This document shows, in pieces, positions 18,211 to 27,614 of a stretch of 37,619 nt of DNA. How positions within the stretch are numbered: the first letter of the stretch is position 1; every line of letters begins with the position of its first letter. The notes beneath the pieces are model-generated. The model did no database searches. It was not told the DNA's origin and was given only the letters and a program-made list of their open reading frames with translations. The position numbers and the translations under genes were made by a program. Source of the DNA: a virus (taxonomy: Duplodnaviria; Caudoviricetes); the IMG/VR virus record IMGVR_UViG_3300016484_000913, positions 1 to 37,619 of that record. One strand, given 5' to 3'.

Positions 18211-19656
18211 TCAACCTCCGACGTTGGCCGCGAAGCTCAACTCGTTGACGATGGATTTGGCGTAAGCGTGCGGTCGGATCGCGACCTTGACCTTGACCGT
18301 GTTCGACGCGAGCACATTGGTTGTGCGGTCGACCTTGACGTCGAGCGCCGACACGTGCCCTTGCAGACCCTGCGCGTTGTCAGGGTCCTGCAGCACGGTC
18401 CGCAACGCGTCACGCGCCTTGTCTTCCATCACCACCGCGTAGAGTGGATCGATGGTGCCGTCCTCTTGGACGCCGACGATGCTCGACAGGAACGGCAGCA
18501 GCGCGCGGTATGCGGTCGCGGTTGCGACGTCCATCACGCGACCGTGCTGCCAGAACTGGTAGTCAGAGCCTGGCGACGCTTTGAGGCGCGCGCTCGTGAC
18601 GAAGAAGCCAGGGATCCCCTGATGCGTGCGCAACGTCGTGAATCCGTCGCCGTCGAGAAGCTCCTGCAGGTACTCGTTGTGCGTGATGGATTGAACGCCG
18701 GGCAAAGCACCGGCCGAGTACCAGGCGAGATCTGTGCTGATCAGCGAGTCTGCGGCTCGTGCGGCCACAGGGCGAACAATCGACGTGGCTGGCGCGCCGC
18801 GGCCGATGATCGGCTTGGCCGAGGTGCAGACACAGCGGCCGTATCCGACGAGGACGCGCTCGGATGCGAACGACAGGAACGCGGTCTTCGTGGTGGCAGC
18901 CACGTCTGACCCAGCATCCAGCATGAACCTCATCGGCCGAAACTGCTGAAACAGCGCAGTGGCGTGGGTTGAGCATGCCGCAGCCATCGTAGCGGCGTTG
19001 GCGGCGGTCTCGATGCGGCCGGACAGGATGATCGCAGCGAGGCTGGTGTTGTCGGCCTTGACCACGTCGATGCCTGTAGCGAGCGACGTGGTCGAGAACA
19101 CCTGCTCATGCGTCGTGAACGAGTGGACGTCACCCTTCTCGAACAGCACAGGCCCGCCGCCAGGAACGAACGTCAGCGTCAGGCCAGTCTTCGGCACAGC
19201 GTACGTGCCTCCGCCTCCGCTCGGCACGATGATCTGCTCGCTGTACTCCTTGCCGGCGTCGAGCGAGTAGCGAAACTGAGCAGCGCCCAGAGCGCCGGTG
19301 ACGCGGATCTCGACACGCACGTCGTAGGAGTCGAGAGGCGTGCCAGCAACCGTGACCGTCCCCGTGCTCGTGGACGCTGCCGTCTTGGTGACCGTGCTGA
19401 TCGGCGTGGTCGGCGCCGTGCCCGTCAGTCGCAGCCCGTAGACCGGCCCACCAGCGATTGCCAGGTGGTAGCAGAGGTCTTCGGAGAGCGGCCCCTGGCC
19501 GTAGGTGTCGATGACGTCACCTGGCGAGGTGAAGGCGCCGAGCGCGGTTGTTGAGCCCTTCTCCGCGACACCCATGTAGAGGAACGAGGTGATCGCTGCG
19601 GGAGCGGTGGGCAGCCCCGGATCGCGGATGGTCTGCGTGATCGATGGAATTGCCAC
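18211..19656 (-). CDS. Contractile tail sheath protein (DUF2586-like)
   Basis: YG.GPL, FRYSLD.G, GFTTLRT..G..GFF, GSDYQ....GRVMD, V.IRP..YAK.I motifs. Confidence 0.9.
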   Translation of the reverse strand: MAIPSITQTIRDPGLPTAPAAITSFLYMGVAEKGSTTALGAFTSPGDVIDTYGQGPLSEDLCYHLAIAGGPVYGLRLTGTAPTTPISTVTKTAASTSTGTVTVAGTPLDSYDVRVEIRVTGALGAAQFRYSLDAGKEYSEQIIVPSGGGGTYAVPKTGLTLTFVPGGGPVLFEKGDVHSFTTHEQVFSTTSLATGIDVVKADNTSLAAIILSGRIETAANAATMAAACSTHATALFQQFRPMRFMLDAGSDVAATTKTAFLSFASERVLVGYGRCVCTSAKPIIGRGAPATSIVRPVAARAADSLISTDLAWYSAGALPGVQSITHNEYLQELLDGDGFTTLRTHQGIPGFFVTSARLKASPGSDYQFWQHGRVMDVATATAYRALLPFLSSIVGVQEDGTIDPLYAVVMEDKARDALRTVLQDPDNAQGLQGHVSALDVKVDRTTNVLASNTVKVKVAIRPHAYAKSIVNELSFAANVGG

Positions 19657-19661
19657 TGGCG

Positions 19662-20000
19662 TCAGCTCCTGCTGCGGTAGTCAGCCGCGGGATGCGGCTT
19701 GAGTTGGTCGCTGGCGGCGGCGTCGCACGCGGCCGCGTACTGCTCCGACGTCAGCTGCGGAGCGATGCCGCTCCGAGCTTCGTACGCAGGCCACCCGTGC
19801 AGCTGCTCGGCACTTGCGTGCTTCCAGCGCTCCGGGTGGAGCCGGCCACGATCCGACATCGGGTAAAAAACCTCCGCCCACTGCGCAGGCGTCCGGGTGG
19901 GTGACGCGCCGCCTTGGGAAGGCGAGTCAGCGGAGACGGTGGCCGCTGATTGCGGCACGTCGCTTGTGTCCACCTGTTCGGTGGGCGGAGTCTTGGGCAT
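19662..20000 (-). CDS. Hypothetical protein upstream of sheath
   Basis: Tightly packed in the operon; typical small pre-sheath gene. Confidence 0.7.
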   Translation of the reverse strand: MPKTPPTEQVDTSDVPQSAATVSADSPSQGGASPTRTPAQWAEVFYPMSDRGRLHPERWKHASAEQLHGWPAYEARSGIAPQLTSEQYAAACDAAASDQLKPHPAADYRSRS

Positions 20001-20003
20001 TGA

Positions 20004-20564
20004 TCAGACCTGCTCTTTGATCGCGAGCTCTTGTTCGAGCCGCAGAACTGGAGGCGTGGCTGTGACCTGCGTCCTGTCGACGAGGTCGATCTCGTTGAGC
20101 CTGACGAACTGCATTTCAGGCGTTTTCGTGACGTTCATCGACCAGACGAAGCGCTGCAGGATCCGACTGTTGCCGCCCCACATATGACCGGACGAGCCGA
20201 ACGCCTCGGTCTGATAGACGCCATCGGCGGCTTGGCTAGACGTCTTGAACACCGCATGCACGGCGTTGCAGACAGCCTTGCGAATGGCGCAAGCGTCGGC
20301 GAAGTTGCGCCCTGTGATCTGGCATTCGACGGTGACGTGGTCGACGTGCAGCGTGTCCCATGCCTGACCGGTGATCGGGTCGTAGACCGGCGAGGTCTGA
20401 TCGGGTGGCTGGCAATCGAACTCAACCGGGATCCACACGACACGGCGCAGCGAGGCGTGCTCAGACTCGGAGGTGCGGAACAGGCCGAAGTCGATCGAGT
20501 CGTCAGCAATAGCGTCCCGCACGAGCAGCACAAGGCGCTCGAAGTCGCTGATGGAGTCGTCCAT
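20004..20564 (-). CDS. Putative tail terminator/neck protein
   Basis: Position and size between gpG-like gene and sheath. Confidence 0.55.
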   Translation of the reverse strand: MDDSISDFERLVLLVRDAIADDSIDFGLFRTSESEHASLRRVVWIPVEFDCQPPDQTSPVYDPITGQAWDTLHVDHVTVECQITGRNFADACAIRKAVCNAVHAVFKTSSQAADGVYQTEAFGSSGHMWGGNSRILQRFVWSMNVTKTPEMQFVRLNEIDLVDRTQVTATPPVLRLEQELAIKEQV

Positions 20565-20582
20565 GGCAGATGTGCTGTTGAA

Positions 20583-21242
20583 TCAGTCGACTACGCCGGC
20601 TTTTCGTGCGAGCGCGCGTAGTCGTTGGAGCTTGCGGATCAGGCCGCCAACACTTGTTCCGCGTGAACTGCTGCGCCTGTCGCTCTTGCGCGTGCCGCCA
20701 TTGTCGTTCGCGGGCTTACGCGATGGCACCGCCACATCGGCAGCGCTCTTGTTGCCCTTCGTGCGTCTCTTCACCGCGGGTTTGGAGCCGTCAGCGGCAT
20801 CCCCGAAGTGGTCATGCATTTCGGCCAGCGCCACTGCGCGCAGCTCGCGTGCCCACGTCTTGGGCAGTCCCTTGGCACTGGTCGGAACCATCGCGCGCTG
20901 TGGGCGTGACCCGTTGCGCGGCTCCTGGTGATAGCCGGCGTATTCGACGCTTGGAGCAATTCGCCACGTGCGCGCGGTCGCCTTCTCGACGTGCCACCCG
21001 TTGCGGAGCCGCGTCGTCTCGCCGTGGAGGATCTTGCGGCCGTCTGGGCGCTGCTTCTTCTTCCACTTGCGTCCGTACGGATCACGCTGTCGGTCGAATC
21101 CCTCGCCGACCAGAGTGATGGCAACCTCGGCCTGTGCCTCGGACGTGTGCTCGACCACGACGGATGCGTCTGCGAGCAACTCAGCCCAGCGGTCAAGCTT
21201 GGCCTTGAGGTTGCGGGCGTTGACTTTGATCACACCCGCCAA
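20583..21242 (-). CDS. Virion morphogenesis/tail completion protein (Mu gpG / P2 gpS-like) with basic C-terminal extension
   Basis: FDRQRDPYGRKW, IL...T.RLR, VEYA.YHQ, RPQR motifs. Confidence 0.85.
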   Translation of the reverse strand: MAGVIKVNARNLKAKLDRWAELLADASVVVEHTSEAQAEVAITLVGEGFDRQRDPYGRKWKKKQRPDGRKILHGETTRLRNGWHVEKATARTWRIAPSVEYAGYHQEPRNGSRPQRAMVPTSAKGLPKTWARELRAVALAEMHDHFGDAADGSKPAVKRRTKGNKSAADVAVPSRKPANDNGGTRKSDRRSSSRGTSVGGLIRKLQRLRALARKAGVVD

Positions 21243-21958
21243 GACCTGCCGCGTTCGCTCGCGACATAGACCTCGTTCTCAGCAGCCTCGGGCGTAGAGT
21301 CGACGATCCCGACCGGGCGCAGTTTGCCGTTGGCGATGCGGTTGAGCCACGTGATGGCCTCTCCGCGACCGACTTCAAGCGATGCGTCTTTGCCGCTGTC
21401 GGGGTCGAATCCGCGGTGCCGCATGGCTTCGTAAGCGGCCATCTTGGCGACGTGCGAGCGCGTGCCGATGTCCCACGCTGTCAGCGGCAGCTTGTACGCG
21501 CTCGACAGGTAGCCCTCAGCTTCGCCGCTGGCAGCCAGGCACGCGCGCGCCAGTTGCTCGGGCGACACGAGTTCAAGCGCTGCAGCTGGCAGGCCGTAGC
21601 GCGCGATGTCCGCCGGCAGCGCATAGAGCTGGTGCGCCACGGCGGTCAGGGCAAACGTGGCGCTCGGAGATGAGCCAGCGATGGCCCAGCGAGCCCGGAT
21701 GAACCGCAGAGCGTCGGGGATGACCAGTGCCCGTGTCGACGGCTTCGACAGCGCGTCGAACCGCCCGGCAAACACCCACTCCGTGCCCGTGCGCGATGTC
21801 TCTACGATCACCGTGACCACGGTCGTCGCGGCCAGCGCTGTCACATCGAGCGTGAACTCGACGAGCGTACGGTCTCCGAGGTCGATTGGCGTCGAACTCG
21901 CGCCCGACGCTGACTCAGCGCCTGAAGCGTGAAGGGTGATGGCGATGGTGTTTGGCAC
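21230..21958 (-). CDS. Head-tail adaptor, Mu gp36/DUF1320-like, with extra N-terminal beta domain
   Basis: YA...D, AS.EA.GYL..AY.LPL, A.Y, AI.WL..IA.GK motifs in the C-terminal half. Confidence 0.85.
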   Translation of the reverse strand: MPNTIAITLHASGAESASGASSTPIDLGDRTLVEFTLDVTALAATTVVTVIVETSRTGTEWVFAGRFDALSKPSTRALVIPDALRFIRARWAIAGSSPSATFALTAVAHQLYALPADIARYGLPAAALELVSPEQLARACLAASGEAEGYLSSAYKLPLTAWDIGTRSHVAKMAAYEAMRHRGFDPDSGKDASLEVGRGEAITWLNRIANGKLRPVGIVDSTPEAAENEVYVASERGRSWRV

Positions 21959-21963
21959 AGGGG

Positions 21964-22278
21964 CTACGGAATGGCTGGAAGCGCGGCGAATGCTGCAAGC
22001 ACGGCCTCGGCATCGAACTGGCTCATGCCGACCGTGCGCATCAACTCGTCGACTGTTGCGCCGTCGAGGTATGCGCGCTCGGTGTAGCCGGCGGATGCGA
22101 GGCGGGCCGCGAACGGGAAGGTAAGCGGTAGGACGTCACCGACCGGAAGCGTGGCGATGTTCGCTCGCCACACTCCGGCCAAGTGCTGTTGATCACGCGC
22201 TTTCGCGTCGTGGTACTTGAGCAGCAGGTAGCGCTTGTGCGTGACCGGCTGCTCGGTGATGAGTGGCTCAAGGGCCAT
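21964..22278 (-). CDS. Hypothetical protein with helix-hairpin-helix-like C-terminus
   Basis: ARLASAGYT....L.GATVDEL..TVGM pattern. Confidence 0.7.
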   Translation of the reverse strand: MALEPLITEQPVTHKRYLLLKYHDAKARDQQHLAGVWRANIATLPVGDVLPLTFPFAARLASAGYTERAYLDGATVDELMRTVGMSQFDAEAVLAAFAALPAIP

Positions 22279-22472
22279 CAGCGGCGCTGTTGCTGAGCGT
22301 TGCGCTGCTGCGGCTGTTGGGCGGTCGGCGGTGCCTTGGGCGCGTCTGCCGCCGCGACAGAAGCCGCGGCGGGTGCTGGCGCCGTGCCCAAGATTTCCGC
22401 GCGCTCGCGATCGAACTGCTCGCGCTCAGCAGCGCGCTTCGCTGCGTGCATCGCGTGGTAGCGGCGGTACAT
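22278..22472 (-). CDS. Small hypothetical protein (64 aa)
   Basis: TGATG overlaps at both ends; MYRRYHAMHAAKRAAERE... Confidence 0.65.
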   Translation of the reverse strand: MYRRYHAMHAAKRAAEREQFDRERAEILGTAPAPAAASVAAADAPKAPPTAQQPQQRNAQQQRR

Positions 22473-22930
22473 CAGGCGACCACGACGAACGGCAGGTGGA
22501 TGAAGCCCGCGCCTGCGGTGAACGCCGAGGCGATGCGATCGAACTTGATCGTGCTGCCGCCAGGCAACACGACCATGCTCGGCGCCGCGGTGATCTTGGC
22601 GCCGCCGGTGCCGCGCTTGAAGCCTGCGACCAGAGTTGCGGTCAGGTCGCCGGTTGCACCGCCATGGACGTCGCCCTTGGTGGTGTAGCCGGTCGCGCTC
22701 GACGAAATGCCGATCGCAGGGGTTGAGCCGCCGGTGAAGGCTGTGGTGACCTCCCATGCGCCGGCCATGAACATGCCGATCGTGAGGCCAGTCGGCACGG
22801 TGTAGAGCACCTCGCCGTCGGTGGTGGCGTAGCTGATTGCCAGCTTGAGGTAGAACGGCTCGCCGCCGGAGCGGACGCCGTTCTTGGCCATCGGAAACCC
22901 GTAGGCGGATGACGAAGGAATGCCAGCCAT
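22472..22930 (-). CDS. Putative capsid decoration/cement protein
   Basis: Beta-rich 152 aa directly after the capsid gene; V.TAF.GG...I.IG pattern. Confidence 0.6.
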   Translation of the reverse strand: MAGIPSSSAYGFPMAKNGVRSGGEPFYLKLAISYATTDGEVLYTVPTGLTIGMFMAGAWEVTTAFTGGSTPAIGISSSATGYTTKGDVHGGATGDLTATLVAGFKRGTGGAKITAAPSMVVLPGGSTIKFDRIASAFTAGAGFIHLPFVVVA

Positions 22931-22956
22931 GTGCTTGTTCTCCTATGGGCTTTCGA

Positions 22957-23850
22957 TCAGAGGGTGAGTTGCGTGACGACCTTGACGGCCGGGGTCTTCG
23001 TCGAGCCTGGGATCCGCTGGTAGCGGTAGGGAACGAAGTAGTGATGGGCGGCGACGACGGTCGCGTCTGCAAGGATGTCCTTGTCCGTGTCGACGCTCAT
23101 CTCGCCGTTTGCCCAGATCACGAGCGACTTCTCCTTCAGGAGGTAGCTCTCGTAGTTGTAGGTCGTGCCCGAGACGAGCGTTTTCTTGCACTTGTCCGAG
23201 ACGACCAGGAGCGCGCCGCCCCAGCGCGCCGGCTGGTAACCATCCGGGCCTTCGGTCTCGACGGAGACGAGCGGACGACCGAAGCCATCCTTCTTCTTGA
23301 GGATGTCGAAGTACACGTCGGAGTGACACGCGATCAACGAGATCCGCGTCTGCTCGTCGCCCCACTTCTGGCGCGCGCCGAGCATGTTGTCGTAACCGAG
23401 CGTCTTGTCCGACAGCCCGGTCACGTCGTGCACGAAGTTTACCGGCACGTTGGTCGAGGCGACATCGATCAGCGCCTTGTCCCAGCGGCGCTGGATGACC
23501 TCGCGGATCTGCCGCGCCGCCTCGGCATACGGGTCGCCGTATGACGCCCACTGCGCCCACTGCGTGATGGAGAACGCCTTGCCGATGTGCAGCGCGCTGG
23601 CTTGCTCCTTCGTGGCGGTGATGCCTTCCGGCGTCAGCGCGTCGCCCTCGTTGAGGATGTCCTCGGCCTCGCCGAGCGTGCCGAAATATGGCACGGTCAC
23701 GACGTCGCCGCCGCGAACCGAGTTCGGCAGGCTCATGTTGACGGTTGCGGCCGACGATCCGTACAGAGCGGTCATCAGCGCGAATTCGCCGCGCATGATC
23801 TCCGTGAGGATCTCGGGAATGATCAGATCACTGCGTCTGGTTACAGGCAT
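22957..23850 (-). CDS. Major capsid protein (HK97 fold, N4-gp56-like type)
   Basis: T...DLIIPEI, GD.VTVP.F..LGEAE...EG..L, GKAF.IT, GDP.AEA..QI, V.TD.DIL motifs. Confidence 0.92.
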   Translation of the reverse strand: MPVTRRSDLIIPEILTEIMRGEFALMTALYGSSAATVNMSLPNSVRGGDVVTVPYFGTLGEAEDILNEGDALTPEGITATKEQASALHIGKAFSITQWAQWASYGDPYAEAARQIREVIQRRWDKALIDVASTNVPVNFVHDVTGLSDKTLGYDNMLGARQKWGDEQTRISLIACHSDVYFDILKKKDGFGRPLVSVETEGPDGYQPARWGGALLVVSDKCKKTLVSGTTYNYESYLLKEKSLVIWANGEMSVDTDKDILADATVVAAHHYFVPYRYQRIPGSTKTPAVKVVTQLTL

Positions 23851-23893
23851 TTACGTGTAGCCTTTTCGTTTTGGGGTGAATGACTCGCCGAGC

Positions 23894-25369
23894 TCAGGCG
23901 CTTGCGCGCTGCTGCTGGCTCTGAGCTCGGGATGCCCCGCGCTCGACGCTGTTCGCCTTCAGTTGCTCGTACAGTTCGCGGTCGCTGGTGAAGAGCGCTG
24001 CGAGCTCAGGCCCCGTCATGGCCTCGTAAGATTTGCCGTTGTGAGTGAGGATCCCGGCTGCGGATTCCTTCGCCGCTTCGGTCTTGGGCGCAGGCTGCGA
24101 CGTGCCGCTGCCGCTCTTTGACTCGACCTTGAGCGCGACCGGAGCGACGGCGAGGAACGCCTTGAGCTCGGACACCGGGCGCTCTGCCCAAAACGCTTCC
24201 ATGGCTGGGGTGAGCTTGCGGCCTTCGGCGGCTGCCTTGTCCGCAGCCAAGAGCGACGCGCGCTCCTGCGCTTCGAGTTGCTTCGCCTGGGCGTCGATCT
24301 GCGCGGTGAGCGCCGGCACCTGCTCGGCTGCCGCCTGCAGGCCGCGGATGGCGCCGAGCACGGCGTCGGTCGACTCGCTCTTGGTGATGTTTCTGAGCTC
24401 GGCGACGAAGCGCGCGAGCTGGGATACGGCGGTGATCACCGCGCTGTCATCGGCGTCCGCATTCAGGCCCGCCGCTTGTGCAATCAGTTTGATGCTCATG
24501 TCTTGTAACCTCTTGCGGGCGGCAGAGGCCTCCGCAGTTGTCGCCGCAGCTGGTTGCTGCGGAACGCTGTTGGCGCGCGACAGCAGGCCTTCCATCGCCT
24601 CGCGCAGGTCTTCCTTGGTGAGCGGCTCGGCTGACACCTCGTCGCCCTCGGCCGGCTCGTCGTCATCAGCGACGTCGTCGTCGGCCTCGTCTTCGTCGTC
24701 GACTTCCCCCTCGTCGTCTTCGGGCGGAGCGATCGGAACGGTCTCGTCATTCGGTCCGGCGACGAACGCCGGGACGTGCTGGTAGCCGTAGACCGATAGG
24801 TCAAACGACGCGGCGACCTTGGCCTTGCCGGGCACGATCTCGTCGCAGAAGCCTTCGCGCTTCGCCGCTTCCGGCGTCAGCCACGTTTCGGCCGCCATCA
24901 TCTTGCGGCAAGCTGCGGCAGTCTTGCCGGTCCGTGCCGCGTACAGCTGCGCCATGCCGTCGTTGAGCGTTTCGAGCGCGTCCATGGCCTTGCGCAGGTC
25001 CTCGACGCGGCCTTTGACCATGCCCGAAGCGCTGGCCTCGTGGATCATGAGCGCCGAGCCTGTGTGCATGCGGATCGTGTCGCAGCCCATGGCGACGATG
25101 GAGCCTGCACTCGCGGCGAGCCCTTCGACCTCGCACGTCTTTTTCGCGGGGTGCGAGGCAAGCATCGCGCGGATCGCCATGCCGTCGAACGCCGAGCCGC
25201 CTGGGCACGACATGCGGACAGTGATGGTGTTGACGTTGCCGGCGTCGGCTATGGCGCGTGACACGACGTCTGCGCTGATGCCTTCGCCGAACATTCCGGC
25301 GCCGATCGGGCCGTACATGCGCAGCTCCAGCCCCTCGCCGGTGGCGAGTGCTTCGAACTTCTTGGTCAT
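23894..25369 (-). CDS. ClpP-type (S14) head maturation protease fused to scaffold
   Basis: SCPGGSAFDG, GLAASAGS (catalytic Ser), MIHEAS (His), ETWLT...A...GF.DEI; acidic linker; coiled-coil C-half. Confidence 0.92.
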   Translation of the reverse strand: MTKKFEALATGEGLELRMYGPIGAGMFGEGISADVVSRAIADAGNVNTITVRMSCPGGSAFDGMAIRAMLASHPAKKTCEVEGLAASAGSIVAMGCDTIRMHTGSALMIHEASASGMVKGRVEDLRKAMDALETLNDGMAQLYAARTGKTAAACRKMMAAETWLTPEAAKREGFCDEIVPGKAKVAASFDLSVYGYQHVPAFVAGPNDETVPIAPPEDDEGEVDDEDEADDDVADDDEPAEGDEVSAEPLTKEDLREAMEGLLSRANSVPQQPAAATTAEASAARKRLQDMSIKLIAQAAGLNADADDSAVITAVSQLARFVAELRNITKSESTDAVLGAIRGLQAAAEQVPALTAQIDAQAKQLEAQERASLLAADKAAAEGRKLTPAMEAFWAERPVSELKAFLAVAPVALKVESKSGSGTSQPAPKTEAAKESAAGILTHNGKSYEAMTGPELAALFTSDRELYEQLKANSVERGASRAQSQQQRASA

Positions 25370-25404
25370 GTGGATCCTCTGGGCGCGTTACCCGCGCGGT
25401 ATCT

Positions 25405-25420
25405 GGCAGCGCTCGCACCA
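25405..25420 (-). promoter_or_regulatory. Candidate sigma54 -24/-12 promoter TGGTGCGAGCGCTGCC upstream of protease/capsid genes
   Basis: Correct GG-N10-GC spacing ~35 nt before the ATG; imperfect match in GC-rich DNA. Confidence 0.25.
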
Positions 25421-25481
25421 GTCGCTGCGGGTGCCGGCTGCCCAGTCGTGGAGACCGACGAAGCAGAGCAGGCGCCGGGCG

Positions 25482-25490
25482 TGGTAGGCT
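25482..25490 (+). promoter_or_regulatory. Extended -10 (TG-G-TAGGCT) 6 nt before ATG 25497; leaderless promoter candidate
   Basis: Sequence match; no SD; same arrangement at the paralogue. Confidence 0.5.
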
Positions 25491-25496
25491 GCGCGA

Positions 25497-25796
25497 ATGG
25501 CAAACATCTGGAAGCTCAGCGACGGGACGGTCATCACGCAGGACGGCGGCGTCACGTCGGTGACCGGCGACAGCAAAGCCGCGGTAGACCTGCAATCCGA
25601 TCTCGAACTGCAGAAGATGGGCGACCGCATCACGTCTCCGAGCGCGTTCGTGCGTCAGTTGCTTAACCCCGCGGATGCGTGGTCGGTGCACTGCTGGGTG
25701 GCCGAGAAGGCTCGGGAAAACGGCTTGGAGATCACCGAGGAGCCCGACATTGAGAAGCCGGAGCAGTTCAAGACGGTGAAGGGTCGAATCTACTGA
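25497..25796 (+). CDS. Antisense partner (putative immunity protein) of the MuF C-terminal domain
   Basis: 99 aa; paralogue of 27983..28273; 7-nt stop overlap with MuF. Confidence 0.85.
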   Translation: MANIWKLSDGTVITQDGGVTSVTGDSKAAVDLQSDLELQKMGDRITSPSAFVRQLLNPADAWSVHCWVAEKARENGLEITEEPDIEKPEQFKTVKGRIY

Positions 25797-25821
25797 TTCG
25801 CGAGCTGGCCGAGTACGAAGT
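25788..25821. repeat. 34-nt repeat copy 1 spanning the convergent stop codons (copy 2 at 28265-28298)
   Basis: ATCTACTGATTCGCGAG(C/T)TGGCCGAGT(A/G)CGAAGT, 2 mismatches. Confidence 0.9.
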
Positions 25822-27589
25822 GAAACGTGTCCTTGTCCTGCGCGACCACGCGGCCCATTTTCGTCGGATTGTTGAGATGCTCGGTGGTGGTGGCGAGCAA
25901 TTCGGTTGCCTCGCGACCACCAGGGCCTTTGCCCTCGTAGACCTTGCCGGCGAACGGAGTGTGTAGCTTGTCCGGCTGCGCCAACTCGTCGTGGCCGTAC
26001 GCTTCATGATCCTTGAGCGTGTTGAGCTTCACTACCGGCTCGCCCTTGGTTCGGGCCTGCAGGTAGGCGACCGACTTGGCCAGGCGCTCTGGGTTGCGCT
26101 CCTCGATGGCGTGCCCCCACTCGTGCATCACGGCGCTGGTGATCTCGTGTCGATTGGCGGTGCCGCCCGCTCCTAGATTGATGTGCGACCCCTGCTGAAA
26201 CGCTCGATCTTCGTGGTCGGCCGACCAGCGATACCCGGTCGGCTGCTTCAGATCGGCATGCGAGAGAGCGCCGAACGCGGCGGCGGCATCGGCGCGCGCG
26301 CCGCGGAGCTCCACGTGTGGCAGCCTCGCGCCTGCTGCGACTGTAACGTCGTGGTCGAGCCTGATGTCGCCTGCCCGGTCGTTCCCGAGCGCGCGGTGAT
26401 GAGCCGCGATAGCGATCGTGGCCTCGAACTCGGCCACCTTCTTGCGCTCCATGTCGGCCAACATGGGGTTTTTCTTCGGAGCGTTGGCCGATGCCTTGGC
26501 GGCGTCGATCAGCGAGCCTGCGTCCGCGTGCCCGTCCTTGAGCAGTTTCGCGTGCATCGGCGACGTGCGGATGTCGTAGACGTCCACGCCGGCAGCCTTG
26601 AGCGCGTCCACCGACTCGTGCAGCTGCTCCGGGGTGAGCGCGCGGCCCTGGTGTTCCATCGCGCGACCCCACGCAACCGTGCTCGCAGCCTCTCCGTACT
26701 GCGCCTTGAGCTCGGCCTCGTGATGGGCCGGGTCATGCAGCGGTGAGGCGTACGAGCCGCTACCGGAGCGCCCAGACGTCCACTGCCCGCCCTTGGACGA
26801 GCCGGCTGGGACGCGGGGCTGTCCGCTCGCAAACTTGGCCTCGAGCGCGAGCTCGGTGTCGGCCGACTTACGGCGGCGCTTCTTCGCCGCCCGCGCACGC
26901 ATCGACTCCTGCTTGCGCGTGTACTCGCGCGCGAGGTGGTGGTCGTACTTGGCGAGATCGGGGTGCCACATCGCGCCCGCTCGGAGCGGCGGGGCAAGAC
27001 CCCAGTCACCGGCGATGTCAGGCCGCGGCGCTTCGCGTGTCGGACCGCCAGCCCGCTTGACCATGCGGTCGCTGAGAGCGCGTACGGCGGATCGGCAGCG
27101 ATGGTGGGAGGGTGGCCAGTGAGTCAGCCACCATGGATCGTCATGCCGGCGGATCGTGCCTGTGAGAGACCGGCAAACCCGCGTCGTACTCTGATCGAGC
27201 ACGGCGTCGTACCGAAGATACTTCAACACCTTGGTCACTTCTGGCTTGTTCATCTGCCAGTAGCGGCCCGTGTTGTAGGCCATCTGGTTCGCGTTGATGA
27301 ACGCCGTCGTCAGGTTCGTCGCGTTCTTCTCAGTGAACCGCTTCCCGAGCTTCTCTTTGATCGCCTTTCGCCACGCGTCTATCGCCGTGCCGTTGTCGAT
27401 GGCTTTGGCGATCTCGTCGAATACGGCCTGGACGACCTCAAGCTGCTGCGTGCCAGCGAGCACGAATGCCTGCCGGCGCTCGGCAACCGTCAGTTGCTCC
27501 CACTCGTCGCGGGTGACCGGGACGCGACCGCGGAACCAGTCGGAGGCTTCCCGGAAGCGCGCGGGGTCTGCGGGGGCTTTCTTGGGCAC
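25790..27589 (-). CDS. MuF/gpF (SPP1 gp7-like) head morphogenesis protein with C-terminal HExxH zincin-like effector domain
   Basis: AYNTGRY, YDAVLD..TT.VC..L.G, DDPWW..HWPP.H.RCRS MuF motifs; then QPRVPAGSSKGGQW; C-terminal HEWGH...GKVY...TE. Confidence 0.92.
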   Translation of the reverse strand: MPKKAPADPARFREASDWFRGRVPVTRDEWEQLTVAERRQAFVLAGTQQLEVVQAVFDEIAKAIDNGTAIDAWRKAIKEKLGKRFTEKNATNLTTAFINANQMAYNTGRYWQMNKPEVTKVLKYLRYDAVLDQSTTRVCRSLTGTIRRHDDPWWLTHWPPSHHRCRSAVRALSDRMVKRAGGPTREAPRPDIAGDWGLAPPLRAGAMWHPDLAKYDHHLAREYTRKQESMRARAAKKRRRKSADTELALEAKFASGQPRVPAGSSKGGQWTSGRSGSGSYASPLHDPAHHEAELKAQYGEAASTVAWGRAMEHQGRALTPEQLHESVDALKAAGVDVYDIRTSPMHAKLLKDGHADAGSLIDAAKASANAPKKNPMLADMERKKVAEFEATIAIAAHHRALGNDRAGDIRLDHDVTVAAGARLPHVELRGARADAAAAFGALSHADLKQPTGYRWSADHEDRAFQQGSHINLGAGGTANRHEITSAVMHEWGHAIEERNPERLAKSVAYLQARTKGEPVVKLNTLKDHEAYGHDELAQPDKLHTPFAGKVYEGKGPGGREATELLATTTEHLNNPTKMGRVVAQDKDTFHFVLGQLANQ

Positions 27590-27614
27590 GTCCTAAAACA
27601 CGTCAGGCGCACGG

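Noticed and set aside
8534-19656. Stand-alone contractile injection system or tailocin
   Set aside because: Terminase, portal, protease and capsid are contiguous with it, so it is a phage tail.
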